In this document: one piece after another, positions 36,642 to 45,558 of the stretch
Layout: each line of letters opens with the position of its first letter
Numbering within the stretch: position 1 is the first letter of the stretch
DNA from: Candidatus Latescibacterota bacterium
Lineage (GTDB): Bacteria > Latescibacterota > UBA2968 > GCA-2709665
Direction of reading: 5' to 3'
Length of the DNA stretch: 64,000 nucleotides
NCBI GenBank assembly: GCA_965208835.1
Contig: OZ242358.1
Span: forward strand, 1,152,001-1,216,000
Position numbers and translations under genes: made by a program
The notes under the pieces: generated by a model
The model's database searches: none
Told to the model about the DNA's origin: nothing
Seen by the model: the letters and a program-made list of their open reading frames with translations, nothing else

Positions 36642-38822
36642 GTGACGATACAGATTCGCGGAAGGGTGATCGATGAGGGTTCGCAACAGGGCCTGACCGG
36701 GGTTTCGGTTTCGAACGGAGAGCAGATCGTACAGACGGATGGAGACGGTCTGTACGAACTCACCGTGGAAAGCAGCACGCAGCGTTTCGTGTTTATCACG
36801 GTTCCGGACGGGTTTTCCGCGCAGGACGGGTACTACCATTCCACGTTGGACTGGTCGGAAGCGCAAGACGGAGTGAACTTCCGACTTTCGCCGTCTCCAG
36901 ACCGGGCCCGATCGTCGTTCACGCTCGCGCAGATTACCGATACGCACATTGTCACGGAAGATGATACGCACACCTCCGGTCCCGTGCTTGCGCAAGCGCT
37001 GCGCCAGATCGAACAGGAGGCGAAGCCCGACCTGATTTTCGCCAGCGGAGACCTTACGGATTGGGGGACGATTGACCAGTTGACCGCCTTTCGCGACGCC
37101 GTCCGGACGATTTCGACGGCGGTTTTTCCACTGTTCGGCGGACACGACGGAAACCAGGAGCGGATGGGAGGTATTTCCATTGATGAGTTCCTTGAGTTGA
37201 AAGCCACGCCGAACAATCCGAAATTGGCGGAGATCGGCAGAGAGTTCGCCGGTATCCCGGCTACGCTGCACTTCGAGGCGTTTCTCGGTCCAACGTATTA
37301 CAGTCTGGATTGGGGCGGACGCCATTTTGCATTTTTCCCGAATGAAGACTCGTACTACCCTCCGGAGGCCCTTGAGCGCAAGGCGCAGTGGCTCAGGGCG
37401 GACCTGGCGCTGCAACCTGCGGACCGCGAAATCGTCGTCGTGGTACATACGCCGCCGCCCGAATCATTTCTGCGCGAATTGAGCAGGTACAATGTCCGCC
37501 TCGTCCTTCACGGACACTGGCACTCAAGCAGAGTTTCCTCATACGGCGACATGGTGGTGGCCGCCGCGCCGCCGGTCTGTTTCGGTGGAATCGACACCTC
37601 TCCCCGGGGTTACCGCGTGGTGCAGTTCAGCGATCAGGGCGCGGCCCTGGGCCTTCGAGTGCTCCAGGCCGCCGGCACCGCGGCGGAATCCGGTGAGAGT
37701 TCCCCGCGAGACATCGGATTCGACGGGGGATCGCTCCGCCTGCGATGGGAGAGGGAGGTTCCGGGCGGGATTCACCGGGCGGCGCCGGTCTCGTCCGGAG
37801 AACGCGTGTTTCTCAGCCTGCGCGACGAAGGCTGGCCGATACAGGCCGGCGTCTGCTGCCTCGATGCCGCCAGCGGGGAGACGGTCTGGCACACCGTGAC
37901 GGATGCGGCGGTAAAGAACAGCGTGGCTGTCGACGGCGGCGCCTGCGCCGCGGTGTCGGTTAACGGCCGCGTACATCTGTTGGACGCGGAATCCGGCGGC
38001 TCGACGTGGGAAGCTGACCTGCCTGATTATCCCCATCGCTGGGTCTATACCTCTCCGGTGATCGCGGATGGAACGGTCTACGCGGGCGCCAAGGTTGGCT
38101 ACGCGGCTTTCGATCTGGCCACCGGGCGCCGGCTATGGCATTCGGTGAACGAAGACGGTGACAACTGGGCGTGCTACGCCGGCCCGCAGGTCTCCGATGA
38201 CCTGCTTATCCTTCTGGTTCAGCGACGGGGGCTTGTGGCGCTGGACCGCGCGACGGGAGACGTCGTCTGGGAACGTCCGGCGGGTGTCGAATTCCCCTAC
38301 GCCAGGCCGGTTCTGTCGGGAGACCTGATCGTAAGCGGGGGCGGCTCGGCCGACCTTCACCACTACTCAGGCGAGCCCTCGCTTCTCATCGCCGTCGAAA
38401 GGGACTCGGGAGGGGTCGTCTGGAAAAGGCCGATTCTACCCTCCAGGTATCCCACGGGGCTGCTCGTCCACGGCGAACGGATCTTCGCGACCACGCCGGA
38501 CGGCGAAGCCCTTTGTTTCGGCCTGGACGACGGGGCATTGCACTGGCGGTTCCGGACGGGAGACGACCTGCTGGATATGGTTCCCTATCGCCGGGGAGTG
38601 CGGTCCATACTGGCGGCGCCGGTGATGTTCGAAGGTTGCCTGATCGTCTGCGGGTGCGACGGGTTGCTGTACGTGCTGGATCCGGCGACGGGTGCATGTC
38701 TGGGAAGCGCTGCGTTCGGCTCACCGATGACGGCGCCGCCATGCGCGGTGGCGGGCGGGCTGGTTGTTGGAACCAATGACGGGCGGGTCTTCTGTTATGG
38801 GTCGAACGGGACGGGCGTCTGA
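36642..38822 (+). CDS. Metallophosphoesterase with C-terminal PQQ-type beta-propeller
   Basis: GVSVSNG..TDGDGLY N-domain, ITDTH, SGDLT, GGHD, HGHWH; repeated LDAxSGxxxW propeller blades; GTG start after GGAGG. Confidence 0.85.
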   Translation: MTIQIRGRVIDEGSQQGLTGVSVSNGEQIVQTDGDGLYELTVESSTQRFVFITVPDGFSAQDGYYHSTLDWSEAQDGVNFRLSPSPDRARSSFTLAQITDTHIVTEDDTHTSGPVLAQALRQIEQEAKPDLIFASGDLTDWGTIDQLTAFRDAVRTISTAVFPLFGGHDGNQERMGGISIDEFLELKATPNNPKLAEIGREFAGIPATLHFEAFLGPTYYSLDWGGRHFAFFPNEDSYYPPEALERKAQWLRADLALQPADREIVVVVHTPPPESFLRELSRYNVRLVLHGHWHSSRVSSYGDMVVAAAPPVCFGGIDTSPRGYRVVQFSDQGAALGLRVLQAAGTAAESGESSPRDIGFDGGSLRLRWEREVPGGIHRAAPVSSGERVFLSLRDEGWPIQAGVCCLDAASGETVWHTVTDAAVKNSVAVDGGACAAVSVNGRVHLLDAESGGSTWEADLPDYPHRWVYTSPVIADGTVYAGAKVGYAAFDLATGRRLWHSVNEDGDNWACYAGPQVSDDLLILLVQRRGLVALDRATGDVVWERPAGVEFPYARPVLSGDLIVSGGGSADLHHYSGEPSLLIAVERDSGGVVWKRPILPSRYPTGLLVHGERIFATTPDGEALCFGLDDGALHWRFRTGDDLLDMVPYRRGVRSILAAPVMFEGCLIVCGCDGLLYVLDPATGACLGSAAFGSPMTAPPCAVAGGLVVGTNDGRVFCYGSNGTGV

Positions 38823-38860
38823 CGAGGGCAGAGCCCAACCGCCATCGTTCCCGGAATTAA

Positions 38861-39051
38861 CCTTGATTCGTAAGTCTTCGTGGACGTTAATTCGAATATG
38901 TGGATGTAAATAAAGGCGATTAGAAGGCGGATTACCAGGATACACCAGGTCACTGGACGTGAAGGAAAAAGACGTCCTTCTTTACGTCGACAACGCCCCG
39001 TTTCGGAGGGTTTTATCGCGTCGCCGCGTTGCTGTTTTTTTCGGATTGAGG
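38861..39051 (+). mobile_element. Repeat element family D, copy 3 (191 bp)
   Basis: CCTTGATTC...GGATTGAGG, flanks TTAA/TCAA; ends 6 nt before ATG 39058. Confidence 0.8.
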
Positions 39052-39057
39052 TCAAGT

Positions 39058-40485
39058 ATGGATAGACCGGCGTTACATGCAGGCGCGGCACGGCGGGTGA
39101 TCACACCGCCGGTGGGCGTGTCGATGTCGGGGTGGAACCCGCGGGCTTCGGGGAATATCAGGTCGCGGTACGTGCGGGACGACCTCTACGCGAAGGCGCT
39201 GGTGCTGTCCGCCGGTGAACGGGCGTGGGCCCTGGTTGCCGTGGATCTGTCCGGAGTGGATGCGGTTGCGACGGAGGAGATCCGTCACGGCGCTGCGGAG
39301 CGGACCGGACTGAGTCCCGACACGATCATGGTCTGTGCGACGCACACCCATTCGGGACCGGCTTTCTGCCCCGTGGCCACCGCGTACAGCCCTGAAGATA
39401 TGGCCCGCCTGACAATAAGGGGCGACGGATCGGCGCCTGCCGCGATGGGCGAGTTAACGACGGTATCGTCGTCTGCCAGCTGGGTGGGCGAGACGGACGC
39501 GGATTGGAAATCGCGGTTTGTCGCGCAGGCCGTGGAGGCGGTGGAGGAGGCGCACGGCGCGCGGCGTCCGGCTTCGGTGGGGTTCGGTGAGGCCCGGGTT
39601 GCCGGCGTGGCCAGTTCGAGGCGCGTGCTGATGTCCGACGGAAGTTGGGGAGACCCGAGGCGTGACCCCGTCGAGGGCGTCCGCGTGGTTTCGCGCACGA
39701 ATATCGACCCGCTGGTGCGAGTATTCGCGGTGAGAGAGAAGGGGACGGAAGCGCCGCTGGCGGCCGTGATCAATTACGGTACCCATCCGTGGATTTTCTG
39801 CGGATCGGGGATTTCCGCCGAGATCGCGGGCGCGGCGTCCGACCGGGTGGCAAAGACGTTGGGACGGGACGGGGGCGAACCGCCGGTTGTTCTGTATACG
39901 TCCGGCCCCGAGGGCGACGCGACGCCAATTTGGAATGTCGATATCGACGCGGTATGGAAGACCCGACCCGGTGAGGACACCGAAGCAAGTCTCGCAAGAA
40001 GGGAGCGCGGATTCGACCGTGAACTGGCGCGCCTGGGCGGTCGTGTGGCGGACGGGGCGCTGACGGCCGTCCGCGGGATCGTTGGCTGGGACGGGGCCCC
40101 GGAACTCCGGGCCCGCCGGAAGGAGGTCGCACTGCCATTTAAAGAGGGCTACCGTCACGTGGATGACGTCATTCTGGCCGACTGGCAGCGGGACGCGCCT
40201 GAATGTCATCACCTTACAGAAGTGCAGGCGCTCCGGGTCGGCGAAGGGATCTTTCTGGGGCTCCCGGGAGAACCGTTTGTGTCCCTCGGCACGGAAATCC
40301 GGGCTCGATCCGGATCCCGCCGGATGCTGATCGCCGCGCTCGCGAACGAGTTCGGCGCCGTCAGCTACATCGCCGAAAGAGAAGCCTTCGAACAGGGAGG
40401 GTACGAGACCGCGTTCACTCCGTTGGGGCCGGGGAGTGGCGAAGCGCTGGTGGACGGCGCAGTCTCGTTGTTGAACGCGGCGTGA
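39058..40485 (+). CDS. Neutral/alkaline ceramidase-like amidohydrolase
   Basis: AGAARRVITPPVG, DDLYAKALVL, CATHTHSGP, NYGTHP, LPGEPF, GGYE. Confidence 0.8.
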   Translation: MDRPALHAGAARRVITPPVGVSMSGWNPRASGNIRSRYVRDDLYAKALVLSAGERAWALVAVDLSGVDAVATEEIRHGAAERTGLSPDTIMVCATHTHSGPAFCPVATAYSPEDMARLTIRGDGSAPAAMGELTTVSSSASWVGETDADWKSRFVAQAVEAVEEAHGARRPASVGFGEARVAGVASSRRVLMSDGSWGDPRRDPVEGVRVVSRTNIDPLVRVFAVREKGTEAPLAAVINYGTHPWIFCGSGISAEIAGAASDRVAKTLGRDGGEPPVVLYTSGPEGDATPIWNVDIDAVWKTRPGEDTEASLARRERGFDRELARLGGRVADGALTAVRGIVGWDGAPELRARRKEVALPFKEGYRHVDDVILADWQRDAPECHHLTEVQALRVGEGIFLGLPGEPFVSLGTEIRARSGSRRMLIAALANEFGAVSYIAEREAFEQGGYETAFTPLGPGSGEALVDGAVSLLNAA

Positions 40486-40489
40486 CTCC

Positions 40490-40675
40490 CCGTCTACAAA
40501 ACGCGTTCGCGCTGCGCGGCGGCGTCAAGCCCGGATACGATACGGAGGTGTACAGTCTTGGACTGGGATTGAAGGTAAAACCGTGCAGGGCAAGGTGGTT
40601 CGTGTAGATTTCGCTTACAGCGACGGCAACGATTTCGAACCCCCGCTTCGGTTCAGCCTGAGCGGGTCGTTCTGA
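40490..40675 (+). pseudogene. C-terminal remnant of a PorV-like outer-membrane beta-barrel gene
   Basis: Two frames joined at the A-run ~40577-40580: NAFALRGGVKPGYDTEVYSLGLGLK / TVQGKVVRVDFAYSDGNDFEPPLRFSLSGSF*; terminal Phe; no 5' part present. Confidence 0.6.
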
Positions 40676-40715
40676 CCGGCGCCTGACATCGTCTCATCCT
40701 CTTTAATCAATTCAC

Positions 40716-40748
40716 AAGAAAAACCCCGGTTTTGCCGGGGTTTTTCTT
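40716..40748. terminator. Bidirectional intrinsic terminator
   Basis: AAGAAAAACCCCGG-TTTTG-CCGGGGTTTTTCTT perfect 14-bp stem. Confidence 0.85.
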
Positions 40749-41322
40749 ATACGTGTTCAATTGCCTTGCGTCGAAAGCCATCCTGAGTTCGCCCTCGGTC
40801 CGCCAGCGTTCGGACGGTGATCAGGGCAGCCGCCGTGATGCGTGAAAGTTGCGACTGTTCGAATGGCGGCGGCTAAGGCCGTTGGCCTGCGTCCGTGGCA
40901 GTCAGGGATGATCACGTCTGGCGTACTGCCCGGTTCAAATCGACACAAAACGCTAAATTTCATCAAAAAATCATCATATAGATGCTCGAATTCAATGATA
41001 GTTCAACGATTTGTCGTTATCTTAAGAATGCCGGGGCACGAAAAGATCGAATCGCGACTTATGAGAAAAAAAGAATTCCTGAAGCGCATTGCACGTATAC
41101 CGCCTCCACGAATGTCGGCTGTTGTTCTCCGCTGCAGGCACACAAATCAACCGGAGTGCGTAACGGAAGGATGTTCAAAGACCGCGTCTTCAATTGGCAT
41201 CACCGGTAGACTACAATTAAGTGAAGGTTCGATCCGACGCTAGAGTACGAGATCTCTGAAGGGGGAAAACCATCCGTAGTCACCTTCGTGAACCCGCAGA
41301 TATCGAAAGGAGAACCGTTATA

Positions 41323-43176
41323 ATGAGATTTCGAACACCGCACGCTTCGGCAACCATGATTGCCGTTGCCGGCCTGCTCGTGCTGGCCTGCGTCTGTACC
41401 AATGCGGCTCCCGCCCTCGCAGCGTGTCCGCTTCCTCCCGGCGTTACGCCTCCTGATAACCCCGGTGTGACGGCGCGACAGGTCGTAGACGGCAGCGCGA
41501 GCCTGGAGGAATTCGCGCTGGCCGCGAGAGATTTCTACAGGAGCGAGTCCCGGGGCCAAGCGACACTTGAACGAGCGGCATACCTCGGATGTCTCACCAG
41601 GCAGGACGATGGAGTCTGGCGTTCCGGTTCCACGTATATCGTGAGCCTGACGCCCGACGGAAGGGTGTTCATTCACGCTAAGGAGATGGCATTATCGGGC
41701 AGGTTGCTTAACCCCTTGGTTTATGGAGCGATCCTTTCTGGCTTGGGCGTATCCTCAGCCGATCTGGCCAACATGGCCTCACCGGACCCTGCTACCGCCG
41801 CCCGGGCATTTGGAGCTGTGATGGGCGTGTTGATGCAAGAGCCGGACGGCCCATTCGATGCGACCACACCTGTTCCTGGCCTGCGACCCGGCATACCAGG
41901 CGCCTCAGGCCATGCAAGCGTCTACTTCTCACTCAATTTCAAGAGCCCGATCGTGATACTCGCCGGTTTCGATCTCAATGAAACTCACGTGACTGAAGAA
42001 GACATCGATTTCGGCGACCCGTCCGTTACCGCCGAGGACGTGGTGGACCGCGGGACTTTGAAGGCCTTCGTCACGGAGGCGATGAATTACTTTCGCGCAG
42101 CCTACGAATCTGGAGGAATAAGTGCTATCTCGAAGGTCAGGACAGCCTTTCGGGATCCGAATGGGCCCTGGAGACACGGTTCGGTGTATCTCTACATCCT
42201 GGATCGCACCAGCAACACAATTCTGCTTCACGGCGCGTTTCCTAATAGATTCGAGCTACAGCCTCTGGTAGCGACTGTTCGCGATGTCGTGAGCGGACAT
42301 CTCGTTCTGCCGCAGGTAATCGAAGCGGCGGCCGGCAGCAGGGAAGGCGGCTTCGTGGAGTATTACTTTGACGACCCCAATGACGAAACCGACAGAGCCG
42401 ACATCCCGAAGGTGGGATACGCACGCGAGTTCACCGGTGAAATCCAACGGCCGGACGGAAGCGTTGTCCCAACTCACTATGTTATTGGGTCAGGTTTCTA
42501 CGGACGCGCTGCCGATGCTGCGACCGGTCCCGGCACGGTCGTGGAGGCCGCGGTGCTGGGCAACGCCGTCGAGGGGCTGGACGTGGCGTTTTCCCGCGCT
42601 ATTGCCGGTCGCCAGTCCGACTACGCCTGGAGTGCCGTCACCGATGCTGCCGGCCTTTTCACCCTGACGATCACCAGCAAGCATGGCGTGAGCGGTTACT
42701 ATCGTGCCCGGGCCACCAAACCCGACGGCGAGGTCGTGGGCCGCTGGAGCAGCATTCCCCTTAATGTCGATCAACGGCAGGTGTTGGAACTGACGTTGGG
42801 CGGCGGCGCTCGAGTTGTGCGGGTCCAGCCGCTGGCGGCATCCAGTCCTGAGGCAGCAGCCAAACCGGCGTTCTCGGCCGAGGCCGTGCCGGAGGCCAGC
42901 GGTCTGTCGCCCAATTCACCCAACCCGTTCAACAGCGCCACGCTGATCACGTACCATTTGTCGAGCCCGGGGCCGGTGACGCTGGTGATCTTCAACGTGC
43001 TGGGTCAGCCCGTAAGGACGCTGGTGGACGAGACCCGCGGGGCGGGCACGTATCATGTCAGGTGGGACGCGCGCGACGACGGCGGCGGCGGCGCGTTGCT
43101 GTCGACCGGGGTGTATATCGCCCGCCTGAACTATCCCGGCGGTGTATCGACGCAACGGCTTCTCTACCTCAAGTAA
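41323..43176 (+). CDS. Secreted twin Cache-like domain protein with T9SS/FlgD-type C-terminal domain, array copy 1
   Basis: Signal peptide; CPLPPG; two repeats (VTAxxV.....L..F...W..GS.Y...L....H); second repeat GPWRHGSVYLYILD...HGAFP...EGGFVEYYFDDP...KVGYAR...IGSGFY is sCache_2-like; C-terminus PNSPNPFNSAT...NVLGQPVRTLVD...WDARDD..STGVY..RL. Confidence 0.85.
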   Translation: MRFRTPHASATMIAVAGLLVLACVCTNAAPALAACPLPPGVTPPDNPGVTARQVVDGSASLEEFALAARDFYRSESRGQATLERAAYLGCLTRQDDGVWRSGSTYIVSLTPDGRVFIHAKEMALSGRLLNPLVYGAILSGLGVSSADLANMASPDPATAARAFGAVMGVLMQEPDGPFDATTPVPGLRPGIPGASGHASVYFSLNFKSPIVILAGFDLNETHVTEEDIDFGDPSVTAEDVVDRGTLKAFVTEAMNYFRAAYESGGISAISKVRTAFRDPNGPWRHGSVYLYILDRTSNTILLHGAFPNRFELQPLVATVRDVVSGHLVLPQVIEAAAGSREGGFVEYYFDDPNDETDRADIPKVGYAREFTGEIQRPDGSVVPTHYVIGSGFYGRAADAATGPGTVVEAAVLGNAVEGLDVAFSRAIAGRQSDYAWSAVTDAAGLFTLTITSKHGVSGYYRARATKPDGEVVGRWSSIPLNVDQRQVLELTLGGGARVVRVQPLAASSPEAAAKPAFSAEAVPEASGLSPNSPNPFNSATLITYHLSSPGPVTLVIFNVLGQPVRTLVDETRGAGTYHVRWDARDDGGGGALLSTGVYIARLNYPGGVSTQRLLYLK

Positions 43177-43270
43177 CGCGAGAGCAAATTTAAAACTGCT
43201 TCTCAGAAAGAGGACAACCGTCCCACGTCACCCTGGTGAACCCGTTTTTCCTGGAAGGAGAATCGCTGAG

Positions 43271-45118
43271 ATGAAGATTCGAACATTGTTCACGTCGGCA
43301 TCCATGATTCCTGTTGTCGGGCTGCTCGCGCTGGCCAGCGTGCTTTCCACCGCACACCATGCAGAGGCGCAGGATCCTTGCCCGCTTCCTCCCGGTGTGA
43401 CTGCCCCGCCGGACCCGGCTGTGACGGCGCAACAGGTGGAAGAAGGCAGCGCCAGCCTGACCGAATTCGGACTGTCCACGAGAGACGCGTTCAGGAATCG
43501 CAGCCATGCGGAAGCGGTAACGAGCTTCGGGCAAATATCCTACTTCGGATGTCTCGTCAGGCGGGAGAACGGGCCGTGGCGCTCCGGTTCCACTTACGTC
43601 GTGATGTTGACGCCCAACGGCAGGGTGTTACTTCACTCGAAGGAAATGGCATTATCGGGCGGGCTGCTCAATCCCGCCATTTACGGAGCAATCCTCGCTT
43701 CGTTGGGCGTGTCCCTGTCGGATCTTGCCAATCTGGCGTCCCCGGATCCTGCTACCGCCGCCCAGGCGTTCGGCGCGGTCATGGCAGTTTTGTCGCAGGA
43801 ACCGGACGGCGTATTCGATGCGACCATCTCGATTCCGGGACGAACGCCAGGCATTCCGGGCGCCTCCGGCCATGCCAGCGCCTATGTCTCGGGCAGTGTA
43901 CGGCAGCCGTTCATCCTGCTCACCGGATTCGATCTCCAACGAATTCACCTGGCGCAGGAAGAGATCGACTACGGAGACCCGGCCGTTACGGCCATGGACG
44001 TGATGGACCGCGAATCCCTGAAGGCTTTCGTCAACGAAGCAGGACGGTACTGTATCGGACTCCAGGGGAGAGACGATATTGACAGAGCCAAGATTGCTCT
44101 GCGGGATCCCAACGGGCCCTGGAGACACGGTTCGGTGTACCTCTACGTCCTGGACCTTGTTTCGAACATCATCCTGATTCACGGCGCGTTTCCGGACAGA
44201 TTCGAGCTTAGACCCCTGACACCGACCGTCAAGGACGTCGTTACCGGAGAGTTCGTTCTGCCGCAGGTCCTCGAAGCAGCGAGGAGCAACCCGGAAGGCG
44301 GCTTCGTAGAGTATTACTTCGACGATCCCAATGACGACTCCGACAGCGCGGATATCCCAAAGGTCGGCTACGCCCGACAGTTCACAACTGAACTCGATAT
44401 TGGCGGACGGGTCATACCTCTCAATTTCATCATCGGATCGGGTTTTTATGGGCGTGCGGCCGATGTCGTGACGGGTCCCAGTACGGTCGTGGAGGCCACG
44501 GTGCTGGGTGATGCTGTGGAGGGGCTGGACGTTGAATTTTCCCGCGCTATCGCCGGTCGCCGGCCCGACTACGCCTGGAGTACCGTCACCGATGCTGCCG
44601 GCCTTCTAACGTTGACAATCTCCAGCCCGGATGGTGTGAGCGGTTACTACCGGGCCCGTGCCACGAACGCCGATGGCGACGTTATGGGCCGGTGGAGCAG
44701 CATTCCGCTCAATGTCAATCAACGGCAGGTTCTGGAATTGACACTGGGCGGCGGTGCGAGGGTCGTTCGTGTGCAACAGCTGGCTACAGACGCGCCGGTG
44801 GCTGCCGCCAAGCCTTCGTTCGCGGCAGAGGCCGTGCCGGTGGCCAGCGGACTTTCGCCAAATTCGCCGAACCCGTTCAACAGCGCCACGCTGATCACGT
44901 ACCACCTGGCCAGCCCGGGTCCGGCAAAGCTGGTGATCTACAATGTGCTGGGCCAGCCCGTACGGACGCTGGTGGATGAGGCCGGTGGGGCGGGCACCTA
45001 TCATGTGAGGTGGGACGCGCGCGACGACGGCGGCGCGTTGCTGTCGACGGGGGTGTATATCGCACGGCTGAGCTATCCCGGTGGGGTGCATACACAGCGA
45101 CTGCTGTACCTGAAATAG
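43271..45118 (+). CDS. Secreted twin Cache-like protein, array copy 2
   Basis: Paralog of 41323-43176; start MKIRTLFTSAS after GGAG RBS. Confidence 0.85.
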   Translation: MKIRTLFTSASMIPVVGLLALASVLSTAHHAEAQDPCPLPPGVTAPPDPAVTAQQVEEGSASLTEFGLSTRDAFRNRSHAEAVTSFGQISYFGCLVRRENGPWRSGSTYVVMLTPNGRVLLHSKEMALSGGLLNPAIYGAILASLGVSLSDLANLASPDPATAAQAFGAVMAVLSQEPDGVFDATISIPGRTPGIPGASGHASAYVSGSVRQPFILLTGFDLQRIHLAQEEIDYGDPAVTAMDVMDRESLKAFVNEAGRYCIGLQGRDDIDRAKIALRDPNGPWRHGSVYLYVLDLVSNIILIHGAFPDRFELRPLTPTVKDVVTGEFVLPQVLEAARSNPEGGFVEYYFDDPNDDSDSADIPKVGYARQFTTELDIGGRVIPLNFIIGSGFYGRAADVVTGPSTVVEATVLGDAVEGLDVEFSRAIAGRRPDYAWSTVTDAAGLLTLTISSPDGVSGYYRARATNADGDVMGRWSSIPLNVNQRQVLELTLGGGARVVRVQQLATDAPVAAAKPSFAAEAVPVASGLSPNSPNPFNSATLITYHLASPGPAKLVIYNVLGQPVRTLVDEAGGAGTYHVRWDARDDGGALLSTGVYIARLSYPGGVHTQRLLYLK

Positions 45119-45151
45119 CGTCGAACGGTTGGATAGATTGCCTTATCCCGG

Positions 45152-45218
45152 AGAACCCGTTTGGAATTGCCCCATTCAGCCTTTAGTTCGAGGCGTGCGG
45201 GGATTTCAGACGGGTTCT
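45152..45218 (+). terminator. Conserved ~66-nt 3' hairpin of array unit (after copy 2)
   Basis: AGAACCCGTTTGGAA...TTTCAGACGGGTTCT plus T-run; homologous hairpins after copies 3-6. Confidence 0.7.
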
Positions 45219-45423
45219 TTTTTCGTGGCGGACACTCACTGAAAAAGCCTGATAACCAACAGGACCTGCTTGACCACGGTTTCCTTTGCGTGCGCTGAAC
45301 ACGGATGCTGTCGTGCGACCGCATTGCGAATTTCCAGATTGGGGTGCCGGATCCAGGAACTTCCGGCGGTCAGTTTGGCAACATCGGTACAATTCAGGAA
45401 GTATCGTAGACGGTATTTTTCGA

Positions 45424-45452
45424 TTGCATGACGGATGGAATGGTCTTAACAT
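45424..45452 (+). promoter_or_regulatory. Conserved sigma70 promoter of array copy 3
   Basis: TTGCAT-N17-TAACAT; the same motif occurs at equivalent positions before copies 4, 5 and 6. Confidence 0.75.
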
Positions 45453-45558
45453 GCGCGTCTGCAAGATTCGGTCCGTAGCGACAGTCTCATTTCTCAGAGC
45501 GAGGACAACCAGCCGCATTCACGCTAGAGAGCTTGTCTTTACGTGAGGGAGAACCGTC

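Noticed and set aside
40757-41243. Short ORFs in the AT-richer gap before the array
   Set aside because: No RBS, motif or compositional support; treated as intergenic.
43075-43095. GGC repeat expansion (DDGGGGALL) in copy 1
   Set aside because: In-frame 6-nt slippage in a loop with no evident functional signal.
43187-43206. MITE family A end before array copy 2 (ATTTAAAACTGCTTCTCA)
   Set aside because: Only a partial match with no partner end or internal sequence; it overlaps the conserved array leader and is probably coincidental.
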